From the NCBI GenBank assembly GCA_000817115.1, contig JUEO01000004.1, positions 1,067 through 65,066 of the forward strand: a stretch of DNA of 64,000 nucleotides, written 5' to 3'. The notes under the pieces are model-generated. The model saw only the letters and a program-made list of their open reading frames with translations, was not told the origin of the DNA and did not search any database. Source of the DNA: a marine actinobacterium MedAcidi-G2B. GTDB taxonomy: Bacteria; Actinomycetota; Acidimicrobiia; Acidimicrobiales; MedAcidi-G1. Positions 20,349-31,202 of the stretch are shown here, in pieces (position 1 is the stretch's first letter; each line of letters begins with the position of its first letter). Made by a program: the position numbers and the translations under genes.

Positions 20349-21131
20349 TTATTTAATTAGATTTGGATGCTCTTGTAGAATTTGATCAAATAAAGGTTGA
20401 GCACTGAGCCAACTGGAAAACGGGTTGCCAACGTATTTGTGGGTGTGGGCAGCAGTCTCATGATCAAGTACAACTGGGGATCCGGCCGCTTCAGCTAAAA
20501 GCTGAGCTTGGCAAGAACGCTCCATTGTTACAAAAAGCCAGACAGCTTCATCTACCGAATCACCCACGGTTAATAGTCCATGGTTTCTTAATATGGCCGC
20601 ACGGCAACTTCCAAGAGATTCAGCAATCCGTACTCCTTCTTCTGGATCGTTTACTACTCCGGTGTAGTCATTGAAAAGAACGTGGTTCTCGTAAAAGATG
20701 CATGAATCTTGAGTTATTGGATCAAGTGAGCGTCCAAGAGAAGACCAAGCTTTTCCATAAAGCGAGTGAGAATGTGCTGCTGCATCGATCTCGGGATGCG
20801 TCATATGTATTCCAGAATGTATAGCGAACGCGGCTTGGTTCACTGCGTAGTTGCCCTCCAGTATTTCTCCGGTATGAGACACTAAAAGGAGATCTGAGAC
20901 AGAAATATCACTAAAGGGCTGACCAAGCGCATTAACCCAGAAAGCATCAGTTTGCTCTGGATCACGAACCGTAATATGTCCCGCTACGCCTTCGCTGAAA
21001 CCAAATTTTCCAAAAATGCGAAAACCAGCAGCTAAACGTTCTTTTCGATGCTTTCTTTCTTCTTCAATGGAGTCAAAAGAAGGTACTTCATAATAAATGG
21101 GTTTACTTCCTGATGGGGGTGGAACAGCCAT
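20349..21131 (-). CDS. Class II aldolase/adducin family protein
   Basis: EGVAGHITVRDP, AAHSHS, LRNHGLLT; ATG 21131 preceded by GAGGAG. Confidence 0.9.
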   Translation of the reverse strand: MAVPPPSGSKPIYYEVPSFDSIEEERKHRKERLAAGFRIFGKFGFSEGVAGHITVRDPEQTDAFWVNALGQPFSDISVSDLLLVSHTGEILEGNYAVNQAAFAIHSGIHMTHPEIDAAAHSHSLYGKAWSSLGRSLDPITQDSCIFYENHVLFNDYTGVVNDPEEGVRIAESLGSCRAAILRNHGLLTVGDSVDEAVWLFVTMERSCQAQLLAEAAGSPVVLDHETAAHTHKYVGNPFSSWLSAQPLFDQILQEHPNLIK

Positions 21132-21205
21132 ATCGAACTCCTCATATTTCAATTATTAATTGTAAGCCAAATATAAAGGCATGCCTCTAAAAAGAAATTC
21201 CACAC

Positions 21206-22300
21206 TTAGAGGACATCTATTGTCTTTTGGCGTAGCCAATGATCAGCCAACACTAGAAGCGCCATTGATTCGACCAATGGAACAGCACGAGGAAGAACAC
21301 AGGGGTCATGTCTTCCGGTGGCAGAAAGCTCGACAGGGTTGTTTTCAGTATCTACAGTTTCCTGCTTAGACGAAATTGTTGCAGTTGGTTTGAACGCAAC
21401 TCTAAAAATAACATCCGCACCGTTAGTGATTCCTCCTTGAACACCTCCGGAATGATTTGTTGCAGTAGTTGGGCCGTCTTCTCCAGCAACAAATGGATCG
21501 TTATGGTCTTTTCCAGTCATTTTCACTGCTTCAAAACCACTACCGATATCAAACCCTTTAACTGCGGGTAGAGAAAGCATTCCTTTTGCTAAATCTGCTT
21601 CCATACGGTCAAAAACTGGCTCTCCAAGGCCAGCGGGAACCCCGCGAGCAATACAGGTAACAACACCTCCGAGGGAGTCCCCATTTCTTCTTGCTTCTTC
21701 AATGGCAAAAGTCATCTTCGCAGCAGCATTTGAATCTGGGCATCGAGTTGGATCACTTTCGACTTCGTCAAGTGAAACGGTAGATGGATCCACCTCAGAG
21801 TGGATTGTGTGTATTTGAGAAACCCATGCGAGAACTTCTATTCCGCAGGCTTCTCGCAACAATGTTCGAGCAATAGCACCGGCAGCAACTCGCCCAACAG
21901 TTTCACGGGCACTGGACCGGCCACCTCCTTCCCAATTTCGTATCCCATACTTCTCTTGGTAAGTAAAATCAGCATGTGAAGGTCGATAAAGATCCTTTAG
22001 GTGATCATATGCTTCAGGTTTAGCATCAGAGTTTCTGACAAGGATAGCGATAGGCGTTCCAAGGGTTTTTCCCTCAAATACTCCCGAAAGTATTTCTGCC
22101 TCATCGGCTTCTTTACGCTGTGTGGTAAGGCGACTTTGTCCAGGCCGGCGCCGATCTAAATCATTTTGTATGAGATCCTCAGAAAGTTCAAGACGTGGAG
22201 GGCAGCCATCAACAACCACGCCGATTCCTCCGCCATGGCTTTCTCCCCAAGTTGCAATACGAAACGTATGTCCAAAATAACTACTCACTCCAGTCATCAT
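21206..22300 (-). CDS. aroC: Chorismate synthase
   Basis: [25 protein letters not shown]. Confidence 0.97.
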   Translation of the reverse strand: MMTGVSSYFGHTFRIATWGESHGGGIGVVVDGCPPRLELSEDLIQNDLDRRRPGQSRLTTQRKEADEAEILSGVFEGKTLGTPIAILVRNSDAKPEAYDHLKDLYRPSHADFTYQEKYGIRNWEGGGRSSARETVGRVAAGAIARTLLREACGIEVLAWVSQIHTIHSEVDPSTVSLDEVESDPTRCPDSNAAAKMTFAIEEARRNGDSLGGVVTCIARGVPAGLGEPVFDRMEADLAKGMLSLPAVKGFDIGSGFEAVKMTGKDHNDPFVAGEDGPTTATNHSGGVQGGITNGADVIFRVAFKPTATISSKQETVDTENNPVELSATGRHDPCVLPRAVPLVESMALLVLADHWLRQKTIDVL

Positions 22301-22363
22301 AGATGGCGAAAGAGACGATAGCCGAACACTTTAATTTAATAAGAGGAATGATAGATTTCCCTG

Positions 22364-23998
22364 ATGGCTGAAACGACACTCAATCTAGCTACTGCATGGG
22401 AAGCGATCGCTGACGAAATAGGTGATAAGCCCGCATTATCTCTTGCTGGCCAGCATACTTCTTGGACTGATTTTGATGATCGAGCTGCATGCTTAGCGGA
22501 AACTCTGAGAAGAAATGGGCTTAAACACGATTCAAAAGTAGTCCTTTATCTCTATAACGGACCAGAATATTCGGAAGCCCAATATGCAACATTCAAAATT
22601 AGAGGCGTACCCGCTAATGCGAATTACAGATACTTGGGTGACGAACTCGCATACATTTTGAACAATGCTGACGCTGAAGCAGTATTTTTTGACCACACTC
22701 TTGCTGAAAGAGTAGAAGTGGCGTATCCGCAGTGTCCACAACTCAAAGTAGCCATTCAGGTAGGTGGAGAGGAAACCCCCGATTGGGCAATCTCATACGA
22801 GGATGCTCTTGCAGAAGAGCCTATGGCTCGAATAAATAGATCCGGAGATGATCTCTGGTTCTTATATACGGGTGGAACGACTGGAATGCCGAAAGCTGTT
22901 ATGTGGAACCACGACAATATTTTTGGGATGATGCAATCGACATTTCGTTCTCTTGGCGCGAGTCTTCCAGAAACGCCTAAAGAATCTGCAGAGATCGCTC
23001 GTAGAGTCATTGATTCCGAATCTGAGATACGCCAGCTATGTGCAGCTCCACTTATGCATGGAACATCTGGTATAACGGGAATGGCCACTCACTCACACGG
23101 TGGACTAGTAACAACTTTAGTTTCAAGATCTTTTAATGCTGATGAACTTTGGGGCGTAGTAGAACTAGAGAAAATCACGATGGTTTCTATCGTTGGTGAT
23201 GCGTTTGCTAAACCAATGGCAGATGCAATGGATGAAGCGTCCACGAAGGAAGAAGTAAGAGACACCTCTTCTCTGAGAATGATTTTTTCTTCCGGTGTAA
23301 TGTTCAGCGATCCGGTGAAAGAACGATTGCTGAAATACTGTGATGTTTCAATAGTGGATGCTTTGGGTTCTAGCGAAGGAACTGGAATCGGAAATCAGAT
23401 ATCTTCACGCTCAAGTGGAAAGAGTGGTACAGCCCGATTTGTACTTGGACCACATACTCGTGTTTTCACTGATGAAGGAAAAGAGGTCCTGCCTGGATCA
23501 CAAGAAAGAGGACGTCTAGCAACTGGCTATCCGCTTCCGTTGGGTTATTTTAAGGACCCAAAAAAAACAGCTCAAACTTTCCCAGAAATTGATGGCCGCC
23601 GTTGGTCAATGGCGGGAGACTATGCCGTTGTCGAGGAAGATGGGACAATAACTCTCCTTGGTCGCGGTTCAGTCTGTATTAATACAGGGGGAGAAAAGGT
23701 TTATCCTGAGGAAGTTGAGGAAGCACTTAAAGAGCTTGAGAGTGTTCGGGACTGCAATGTGGTAGGAATTGAAGACGATCGTTGGGGCCAAGCGGTGACA
23801 GCAGTGGTGGAACTAGAAGACAATGTTCCTCTTGAAGAAAATACGGCTGCAGGACTACAGACCGATGTGAGAAAGAGTCTTGCTGGTTACAAAGTTCCAA
23901 AAGACATAGTTATTGTCCCAAAAATCCAACGCAGTCCAAACGGCAAAACAGACTACAGGTGGGCTAAAGAAATCGCCAAAGATTTCTTAGCTGGGTAA
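22364..23998 (+). CDS. Acyl-CoA synthetase (FadD19-like)
   Basis: YTGGTTGMPK, GRGSVCINTGGEKVYPEEVE. Confidence 0.9.
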   Translation: MAETTLNLATAWEAIADEIGDKPALSLAGQHTSWTDFDDRAACLAETLRRNGLKHDSKVVLYLYNGPEYSEAQYATFKIRGVPANANYRYLGDELAYILNNADAEAVFFDHTLAERVEVAYPQCPQLKVAIQVGGEETPDWAISYEDALAEEPMARINRSGDDLWFLYTGGTTGMPKAVMWNHDNIFGMMQSTFRSLGASLPETPKESAEIARRVIDSESEIRQLCAAPLMHGTSGITGMATHSHGGLVTTLVSRSFNADELWGVVELEKITMVSIVGDAFAKPMADAMDEASTKEEVRDTSSLRMIFSSGVMFSDPVKERLLKYCDVSIVDALGSSEGTGIGNQISSRSSGKSGTARFVLGPHTRVFTDEGKEVLPGSQERGRLATGYPLPLGYFKDPKKTAQTFPEIDGRRWSMAGDYAVVEEDGTITLLGRGSVCINTGGEKVYPEEVEEALKELESVRDCNVVGIEDDRWGQAVTAVVELEDNVPLEENTAAGLQTDVRKSLAGYKVPKDIVIVPKIQRSPNGKTDYRWAKEIAKDFLAG

Positions 23999-24000
23999 CA

Positions 24001-24858
24001 CTAGAGTTCTTCAATAATTCTTTCAGCAGTAGGGTCTCTACGTTCTTGAATTTCACTATGCCGCGCTTTGACCGCGTGGGTATGACTTTCTTCGGTGAAG
24101 ATCCAGAATTTTTTTTCTACCACCGCATCATGTACGAGGTCGGCAACGAAACTGGGTTGTAGAGCGTTAGCTCGCAGCCATTCTAAAGCTGCTTCTCTTT
24201 GAGTGACTTCTTCTTGGGAAGGTGGTTCTGTCAACGTGGTTTGCATTTTTTCTGGCTTATTTCTGTCAGAAGTAAAAATATTGGTAGAGACAAAACCTGG
24301 ACAGAGACAGGAAACACCCACATCCGATCCAGCTTCTTTCATTTCAGCAAACAATGTTTCTGCAATAGTTACTGTCGCATGTTTTGAAGCATTGTAAGAC
24401 GCCATATTGGCAAAAGAGGTATGACCCGCTATCGAGGCAGTCATCACTACATGGCCTTCATTTTGTTTGACTAACCCTGGTAAAAAAGTGTCAAGACCAT
24501 GAATGATCCCATAAAGGTTGACTCCTAACACCCAGTTCCATTCTTCAAGAGAGCTTTCAACAATTGGACCACCTGATGCCACACCGGCATTAAGGCACAG
24601 TAAATGAACTTCATCAAATTCTGATATGACAGATTCGTATAAGTTCTTTACTGATTCTGCTTTGGAAACATCACAGGGTATGCCAATTACTTCGATTCCA
24701 TTAGAACGTAAATCAGCAACTGTTTCTTCGAGGACAGGTATTTCAACATCGGCTAAGGCAAGTTTCATCCCTGCGGCACCAAATTTATGAGCAAATGCTT
24801 TACCTAATCCAGATGCTCCACCGGTGATGACTGCAACTTTTCCATTTAAGTCTTTCAT
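24001..24858 (-). CDS. Short-chain dehydrogenase/reductase
   Basis: TGGASGLG, NAG, YNASK. Confidence 0.92.
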   Translation of the reverse strand: MKDLNGKVAVITGGASGLGKAFAHKFGAAGMKLALADVEIPVLEETVADLRSNGIEVIGIPCDVSKAESVKNLYESVISEFDEVHLLCLNAGVASGGPIVESSLEEWNWVLGVNLYGIIHGLDTFLPGLVKQNEGHVVMTASIAGHTSFANMASYNASKHATVTIAETLFAEMKEAGSDVGVSCLCPGFVSTNIFTSDRNKPEKMQTTLTEPPSQEEVTQREAALEWLRANALQPSFVADLVHDAVVEKKFWIFTEESHTHAVKARHSEIQERRDPTAERIIEEL

Positions 24859-24883
24859 TTTCTCTTCCTTTAGTGTTGATTAT

Positions 24884-26230
24884 TTAGAATTCTAGAAGTG
24901 CTTGCTCAATTACTTCTGGTAGCGCGGGATGAATGTATAACTGAGATTTAGCCATTTCATCAACAGTTTGACCTAGGGACATTCCTTGTATCAACTGTTG
25001 TATGAGGGAGGGGGATTGTGGGCCAATCAGATGTGCACCTAGAAGGAGTCGGGTTAATGGGTCCATTAAGACCTTGATGAAGCTTTTTTGATCCTCCATC
25101 GCCCACCCGTATGCAGTGTCGGCAAACGGTCTGATCGCTACTACGTATGAGACCCCTTGATCTTGAGCCTCCTTCTCTGTCAGACCAACAGAAGCTATAG
25201 GTGGATAGCCAAACACTGCTGAAGGAGATAGGGAGCGATCAACGGGAAGTAAGTCATCTGGAGTGCATAAATTGTGGCCCACTATTTTCGCGTCAGCGTT
25301 CGCTAGATGTTTTAACTGAATCGGATTAGTTATATCTCCGATAGCCCAGACTCCTTTAGAGCTGGTTTGCAGATAGGCATCAGTTTCTATGTGTCCAGAA
25401 GGTGAAGTGACTATGTTCCCAGCGGCGGCATCGAGTGAATCAGTATTAGGTCTTCGTCCAGTGGCGACAAGGAGTTGGTCGCAAACTATTAAGTCTCCAG
25501 AAGAAAGATTTATTTCAAACGATTCATTATGTGCAATTTGAGAAACTTCGGTTTCTAGAAAAAGATTCATCCGGTTTGCATAAATCTCAGTTATTCGTTC
25601 GTTGATGTCAGAATCCATTTCTCGGAGAAGTCGGTCGCCTCTATGGACAATGGTTACTTCAGAACCAAAGGCAGAAAAGATATGAGCCATTTCTACTGCA
25701 ATAAAACCACCACCAATAATGACTAGGTGAGAGGGCAGTTCATCTACACGCATCATTTCATCTGAAGTCAGGTATGGAACTTCACTTATACCGGGTATGT
25801 CCGGAACACTTGGTCGAGCTCCTGCAGCTACAACAATTTGTTCTGCAGTAATTACATCGTCGTCAACCAGAATGGTCTTTTCGTCTATAAAACGTCCTGG
25901 AGACCTATAGACGGTCACATTTGGTAATGAAATCCGATAATTCAATCCAGATTCTGTTATTGGATCAATTCGGTTGAATACTCGATCTCTGATCTTCTCC
26001 CAATCGGCGCTTATGAAATTCGTTTCAATTCCAAAAGGAGCATTTTGTTGAGCCATATAAGCACGGTCAGCAGTATGAATAAACATTTTGGAAGGAACGC
26101 AACCTCGGTTAAGGCAAGTTCCCCCGAAGTCACCAGGTTCGATGATCGCAATGTTCCAATCATCGTGGCGCTCGTCAATGATGGAATTACCAGAACCAGC
26201 ACCAATTATAAGAAGATCGTAATGCGGCAC
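24884..26230 (-). CDS. mtr: Mycothione reductase
   Basis: GAGSGNS, GGTCLNRGCVPSK, QLKHLAN, AYGWAMED, IHPALPEV. Confidence 0.85.
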   Translation of the reverse strand: MPHYDLLIIGAGSGNSIIDERHDDWNIAIIEPGDFGGTCLNRGCVPSKMFIHTADRAYMAQQNAPFGIETNFISADWEKIRDRVFNRIDPITESGLNYRISLPNVTVYRSPGRFIDEKTILVDDDVITAEQIVVAAGARPSVPDIPGISEVPYLTSDEMMRVDELPSHLVIIGGGFIAVEMAHIFSAFGSEVTIVHRGDRLLREMDSDINERITEIYANRMNLFLETEVSQIAHNESFEINLSSGDLIVCDQLLVATGRRPNTDSLDAAAGNIVTSPSGHIETDAYLQTSSKGVWAIGDITNPIQLKHLANADAKIVGHNLCTPDDLLPVDRSLSPSAVFGYPPIASVGLTEKEAQDQGVSYVVAIRPFADTAYGWAMEDQKSFIKVLMDPLTRLLLGAHLIGPQSPSLIQQLIQGMSLGQTVDEMAKSQLYIHPALPEVIEQALLEF

Positions 26231-26257
26231 ATTTCTCCATTCAGGGAAATAAATAAA

Positions 26258-27484
26258 CTAACTTCTTGGGACGTCTTCCCAAGCTGCACCCTTGAACGGG
26301 TCAGGCTCCTTAGGCAGGCCTAGGACTCGTTCACCTATTATGTTTCTTTGAACTTCGTCAGTTCCACCAGCAATACTGATTCCAGCAGCTGCTAAACATC
26401 CAACAGCCCACTGGTTTCCATTAGAATTTTCTTTTTCCCATGCCTGCGCTGGAGTTTTGACAAGATCTATGCTCGTGTCACGAATAGTTCGAGCTAACAA
26501 AGCACCATTCAATTTAGCTATCGAGCCTTCAGGTCCTGGGACTTGTCCTGCAGAAACTGCATCACGAATTCTCTGACCGATAAAACTTTTGATTTTCTCT
26601 CGAATCCATAGGTCAGCTAATTTCTGTCGCATCAACGGATCTGTAGAGCGACCATTATTTTGGGCTAATTTTATTAGGTCTGAACTTCTATCGGCGTTCA
26701 GACCTCCAGCGCTTGCACCAATTGAAACACGCTCAAACATAAGCATCGAGACGGCCAAGTTCCATCCTTGGTTTAGTTCTCCAAGTTGATAGTCCACTGG
26801 GATTCGTAAATCAGTAAAGAAAATTTCGTTGAAACCTTTGCCACCAGAAATCTGCTTAAGTGGACGAACGTCAATAGCTGAATCAGTCATATCGATTATG
26901 AACATTGTTAAACCGCGATGCTTAGGAAGTGAAGGGTCAGTGCGGGCTATAACAATCCCGTAATCACAATAATGTGCGCCGGAAGTCCAAACTTTCTGTC
27001 CATTTATGATCCACTCATCACCATCAAGTACAGCACGGGTGGCCAAACTGGCTACGTCAGATCCAGCACCAGGTTCCGAAAAGAGCTGACACCAAATAGT
27101 TTTCCCACTTATGTTGTCTGGCATGAATTGTAGTTTTTGTTCATGAGTGCCAAATTGATTCAGCATTGGTAAGCACATTCCATGCGAAATAGAAAAAGGT
27201 GAAGTAGGGGAATCCCAGTTGGAAGCAACGCCACTGAAAATCTCTTGATGTCTGTCAGTCAAACCTGCTCCGCCATATTCTTCTGAGTAGGTGATTCCTG
27301 CGAGACCAGCTTCAGAGAGAGCAAGTTGGAAAGACTTTGCTCGATCAAGCGCTGTAGTATCGGCATCACCAATTCCCTCAGCAACAGCATCTATTTTGGA
27401 ATCCGCTTTGGAGAAAAAGCCTTCCACCTCTAAGCGAAAAGTGTCATCTGTTGATCCCGCTGATTCTTTAACTTCACTATTCAT
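26258..27484 (-). CDS. Acyl-CoA dehydrogenase
   Basis: WCQLFSEPGAGSD, NGQKVWTS, IAGGTDEVQRNIIGERVLGLP. Confidence 0.92.
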   Translation of the reverse strand: MNSEVKESAGSTDDTFRLEVEGFFSKADSKIDAVAEGIGDADTTALDRAKSFQLALSEAGLAGITYSEEYGGAGLTDRHQEIFSGVASNWDSPTSPFSISHGMCLPMLNQFGTHEQKLQFMPDNISGKTIWCQLFSEPGAGSDVASLATRAVLDGDEWIINGQKVWTSGAHYCDYGIVIARTDPSLPKHRGLTMFIIDMTDSAIDVRPLKQISGGKGFNEIFFTDLRIPVDYQLGELNQGWNLAVSMLMFERVSIGASAGGLNADRSSDLIKLAQNNGRSTDPLMRQKLADLWIREKIKSFIGQRIRDAVSAGQVPGPEGSIAKLNGALLARTIRDTSIDLVKTPAQAWEKENSNGNQWAVGCLAAAGISIAGGTDEVQRNIIGERVLGLPKEPDPFKGAAWEDVPRS

Positions 27485-27618
27485 TTTGTTGATATTAATA
27501 GCCGAATCAGCTCTTCACGTCATCGGCTTTTCTTCATTTCTTATCTGAGCTTTGTTATTGGTAAGCCAGTTAAGGGCGGTAGGGTTTTAATAGTTAAGAC
27601 GGTCTGAGAAGAGTTGTA

Positions 27619-28467
27619 GTGTCATTTAATCGTTCAAAAGTTTCGTTAGTCGTGATGGCAGGTGGCTTGGGATCTCGATTTGGTGGAAACAAACAATTGG
27701 TTTCAGTAGGACCAAATGGTGAAGCTTTTTTGGACTATGCCATACGGGATGCAAGAGAACTTGGTTTAGGTCAAGTAATCATCGTGGCAAGAACTGACAT
27801 AAATGACGAATTGCATGAACATCTGAATAGGCAGCATCTCGATGAGTCATTAATAATTGTTGTTAATCAAGATACTTTTGGGCCATCACGCGCTAAGCCG
27901 TGGGGGACAGGTCATGCAATATTGAGCGCTTCTCCTGAGGTGAGTGGACCAATCGTTGTCGTTAATGCAGATGACCACTATGGAATGAGTGGAATTCGAT
28001 TAGCGGTAGAAGCTTTAGAGGAAACAGACGGAGAATCAGCAGTATTGGTCGCGTTTGAGTTGAAGCAAACTCTCTCAGACACCGGTTCGGTTACGCGAGG
28101 GGTTTGCAGACTATCGGAAGTAGACGGGTCTCTAGTTGACCTAGTAGAGACTCACGGAATACGAAGAGAAGAGTCAGGCATCTTGGCAGAGGATCCGTTA
28201 GGGAGCCTTGAAGAGGACGCTCCGGTGTCCATGAATCTTTGGGCCCTGCCACGTGAAGCAGTAAGCCGTTTAGCTGGACAATGGGCTTCATTTCACTCCC
28301 AGAATTCTGATGATCCTTCCTCTGAATTTCTTTTACCAGAAGCTTTAGACCATCAACGATCTCAAGGTCTTCTAAGTATAAAAGTCATAAAGTCGGCGGA
28401 AAGATGGATTGGGATTACGAACAGGGAAGACCTTGTGTTAGCCCAGGAGCTTTTTAAAGATAAGTAA
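27619..28467 (+). CDS. Sugar-phosphate nucleotidyltransferase
   Basis: MAGGLGSRFGGNKQ, KPWGTGHA, NADD. Confidence 0.85.
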   Translation: MSFNRSKVSLVVMAGGLGSRFGGNKQLVSVGPNGEAFLDYAIRDARELGLGQVIIVARTDINDELHEHLNRQHLDESLIIVVNQDTFGPSRAKPWGTGHAILSASPEVSGPIVVVNADDHYGMSGIRLAVEALEETDGESAVLVAFELKQTLSDTGSVTRGVCRLSEVDGSLVDLVETHGIRREESGILAEDPLGSLEEDAPVSMNLWALPREAVSRLAGQWASFHSQNSDDPSSEFLLPEALDHQRSQGLLSIKVIKSAERWIGITNREDLVLAQELFKDK

Positions 28468-28468
28468 T

Positions 28469-29110
28469 CTAGTCTTCAATTAAGCGGGCATCGGATACTT
28501 CTAAACCAGGTAACTCTGGCTGAATTTCAAATCCCATCTCTGCAGCTAGATCAAGAATCATTTGCTCACAGTTGAGCCAACTTGTAGCACGTAGTCCATC
28601 TACTTCTTGGTTGTATGGGGCATCAAAAACAATGACAGAGTTTCCTGAACTTCGTAGAGACGCAATGTTATGTGGTGCGTCTTCAAGGTAAATATCTGCT
28701 TCGACCTCCGGCTTATCTCCAAGAAAGCAGATATCTCTATACGGGATACGAGCTTGGTCAAGCCACTCAACAGTGTCGGTTACAGCAACGGCATGGCCCC
28801 AATTTACGTACAGTCGATGAGTTATTATCCGTATCCATACTCCAGCGTCGGATAATCGCCAAAGCACCTCTGAAGCATTTTCGAAAACAGGCATAGAACG
28901 AAACATGCGATAATCTTCAACAGCTTTATGGTGAAGATCCTGAAATTGCTTTGGAGATAGCCCCCACTCGGAGAAATCCCAACTTCGCTCCTCTGGAAGT
29001 GAAGAAAGTGGAATATTTAATTCCTGCGCTACTAAAGGACGGAAAGCGGTTGTGTAGTCTGCGCAAACTCCATCAAGGTCTACACCAAGTATCAAAGTAT
29101 CTGACTGCAT
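28469..29110 (-). CDS. 5'(3')-deoxyribonucleotidase-like HAD phosphatase
   Basis: GVDLDGVCAD, EDAPHN, FDAPYN. Confidence 0.82.
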   Translation of the reverse strand: MQSDTLILGVDLDGVCADYTTAFRPLVAQELNIPLSSLPEERSWDFSEWGLSPKQFQDLHHKAVEDYRMFRSMPVFENASEVLWRLSDAGVWIRIITHRLYVNWGHAVAVTDTVEWLDQARIPYRDICFLGDKPEVEADIYLEDAPHNIASLRSSGNSVIVFDAPYNQEVDGLRATSWLNCEQMILDLAAEMGFEIQPELPGLEVSDARLIED

Positions 29111-29161
29111 TGACTTAGGGTAGCGGGCTGGAAGGCATTAGTGGAAGATGCTTGAAAACGA

Positions 29162-29197
29162 CAAAACCCCCACCGTCTGAAGACGATGGGGGTTTTG
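29162..29197 (-). terminator. Intrinsic terminator hairpin of the 29208-29531 gene
   Basis: caaaacccccaccgtc-tgaa-gacgatgggggttttg: 16-bp stem (one G-U on the minus strand), 10 nt past the stop codon. Confidence 0.85.
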
Positions 29198-29207
29198 AAA
29201 CGTTTAA

Positions 29208-29531
29208 TTACCGAGCAAATCCCTGTCCAAGAGCCTTGATAGCGGCATCTTTCACAGAAATGAAAGCCAACATTGAAATAGCGACTGCGATATCTACACC
29301 GAAATCACCCATTTGCAATACTTCCATATTTGCGCCGTATTCAACATGAATTGCACCGTCGGAAATCATTACGAAAAGGTATGCCCAGACCAGCATCATA
29401 TGCCCGCCGATTACTGGAATTCCTTTAATTATTGAATTAACACCGACCATGTCTAAAACACTGTCGATTACTGCCATGACACCTTGAAAGATCATTGCTG
29501 TGATCATCAAGGTAAGAATGGTTGACATCAT
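29208..29531 (-). CDS. Small Met-rich membrane protein of unknown function
   Basis: 107 aa, hydrophobic, strong AAGGGGG SD, own terminator. Confidence 0.75.
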   Translation of the reverse strand: MMSTILTLMITAMIFQGVMAVIDSVLDMVGVNSIIKGIPVIGGHMMLVWAYLFVMISDGAIHVEYGANMEVLQMGDFGVDIAVAISMLAFISVKDAAIKALGQGFAR

Positions 29532-29704
29532 AATGATGCATCCCCCTTATGGTTTGTTGTCTTCGAGCCGGTTTGACTCAAAATCTTTGACAACAAAACG
29601 CTATGTGAGATGTTGGGTTATGTTGAGACCATTTAATGAAACGTAGTCAAGCGACCACTTTTAGTGAGTGTGTGTTTTTTTTGGATTTAGTATTTCGAGT
29701 CGAT

Positions 29705-31144
29705 TTATTCAGATATCTCTTCGTGGTAGTCCTCTTCAACGTTCACTTGCCAGATGTCATGTGATGCTCCATAAATATTTTCAACAGAAAGCATGGCCGT
29801 AAGCATTGAATGATCTTGATTGTTGTATCGATGCATACCGTTACGGCCTACAGGGTAAACGTTCTTTGCGTGCTGGTTCAGCCACGATCGAATTATTTCA
29901 ACATTCTCTTGGTACTCGTTGTCATACATTGGGTAAGCCCGAGGCATGCGTACTACATATCCGCCTTCCACTAAACCAGGTTCAACTAATCCAAGAACAC
30001 CAAGTTCCTTGGTCGCTTTAGCTACGAGGTCTTCGTCGTTGGAGTTCCAAAGGTCATCTCCTATGTTGACAAAATATTCAAGCCCTAAACAGGTTCGTCC
30101 TTCTTTTACCAGATAGGGAGACCATTGACCAAAGTTCTGAACTCTACCTACCCGTACTTCTTCAGAATGTATATATATCCAGTTGTCTGGAAATCCTTTT
30201 TCTTCTGGGACGATTAGAGCGACAGTAAGAAAGTCTCGGAAAGTGAGCGAGGCAGCGGCTTTTAAAACTTGCTCAGAGGCTGGAGGGTCCATTGCCTGCA
30301 AAAGATGAGGGAGCGGCATGGAGGAAATTACAGAGTCTGCGTCAAATTCAACGCTTCCGTTAGGCGTAGTAGCTTGGACAGAAAAAACTTTTCCGTCTTT
30401 GTGTGAAAAATGATTTACTTTGTGCTCGAAGAGAACTTGACTTCCTTGTTCGCTGACGAGATCATGACATTTTTCCCACATCATTCCTGGGCCAAATTTT
30501 GGGTACTCAAATTCTTCGATCAAACTTGTGATTTCTTTTTGGTTTCTTCTAGGGAGAACGGCATTAAGAATTGCTTTAAAAAGAGATAGATTTTTTATTC
30601 TTTGAGCTGCCCAGTCTGCTTGAAGCTCGTCGGCTGGAATTCCCCAAACTTTTTCAGTGTATGTTTTGAAGAATTTCTTGTACAAACGCCAACCAAATCG
30701 ACTAGCGGTCCACCCTTCAAAGTGTGTTTGATCCTTGGGAGGATTGATGCGGACCCATACATAGGAAAGTACACAAAGGATTGATTCCCAGATGCCAAGA
30801 TTTCTAAGTGCATTAGTAGCTTTTAATGGATAGTCGTAAAATTTACCACCATAGTAAATCCGGCTCATTCGTGGACGAAGAAGAAAATCTTCTTCGTCGA
30901 GTATCTCGTGCCATAGATCGGAAACCGCTCTAACTTTTGTAAAAAAACGATGTCCACCGATATCAAAACGCCAGCCTTCTCTCTGAGCGGTTCGACTTAT
31001 GCCTCCTACTACAGTGTCTTCTTCCAAAACAGTTGCTGTCCCGCTGGCTTTACCTATCTGATACGCAGCAGTCAAACCTGCGGGTCCGGCTCCCACAATT
31101 ATTGATTTTGAGGTGCTGTTTTTAGTTTCCACTGGAGTTTCCAT
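29705..31144 (-). CDS. FAD-dependent oxidoreductase (protoporphyrinogen oxidase/UDP-galactopyranose mutase-like)
   Basis: GAGPAGL, DIGGHRFF, GRNGMHRYNNQDHSM. Confidence 0.85.
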   Translation of the reverse strand: METPVETKNSTSKSIIVGAGPAGLTAAYQIGKASGTATVLEEDTVVGGISRTAQREGWRFDIGGHRFFTKVRAVSDLWHEILDEEDFLLRPRMSRIYYGGKFYDYPLKATNALRNLGIWESILCVLSYVWVRINPPKDQTHFEGWTASRFGWRLYKKFFKTYTEKVWGIPADELQADWAAQRIKNLSLFKAILNAVLPRRNQKEITSLIEEFEYPKFGPGMMWEKCHDLVSEQGSQVLFEHKVNHFSHKDGKVFSVQATTPNGSVEFDADSVISSMPLPHLLQAMDPPASEQVLKAAASLTFRDFLTVALIVPEEKGFPDNWIYIHSEEVRVGRVQNFGQWSPYLVKEGRTCLGLEYFVNIGDDLWNSNDEDLVAKATKELGVLGLVEPGLVEGGYVVRMPRAYPMYDNEYQENVEIIRSWLNQHAKNVYPVGRNGMHRYNNQDHSMLTAMLSVENIYGASHDIWQVNVEEDYHEEISE

Positions 31145-31202
31145 ATCTCTAGCCTAGAGGTTTTCAATGAGGTCAATGAGGCAAATGAAGTACGATAAAA
31201 GT

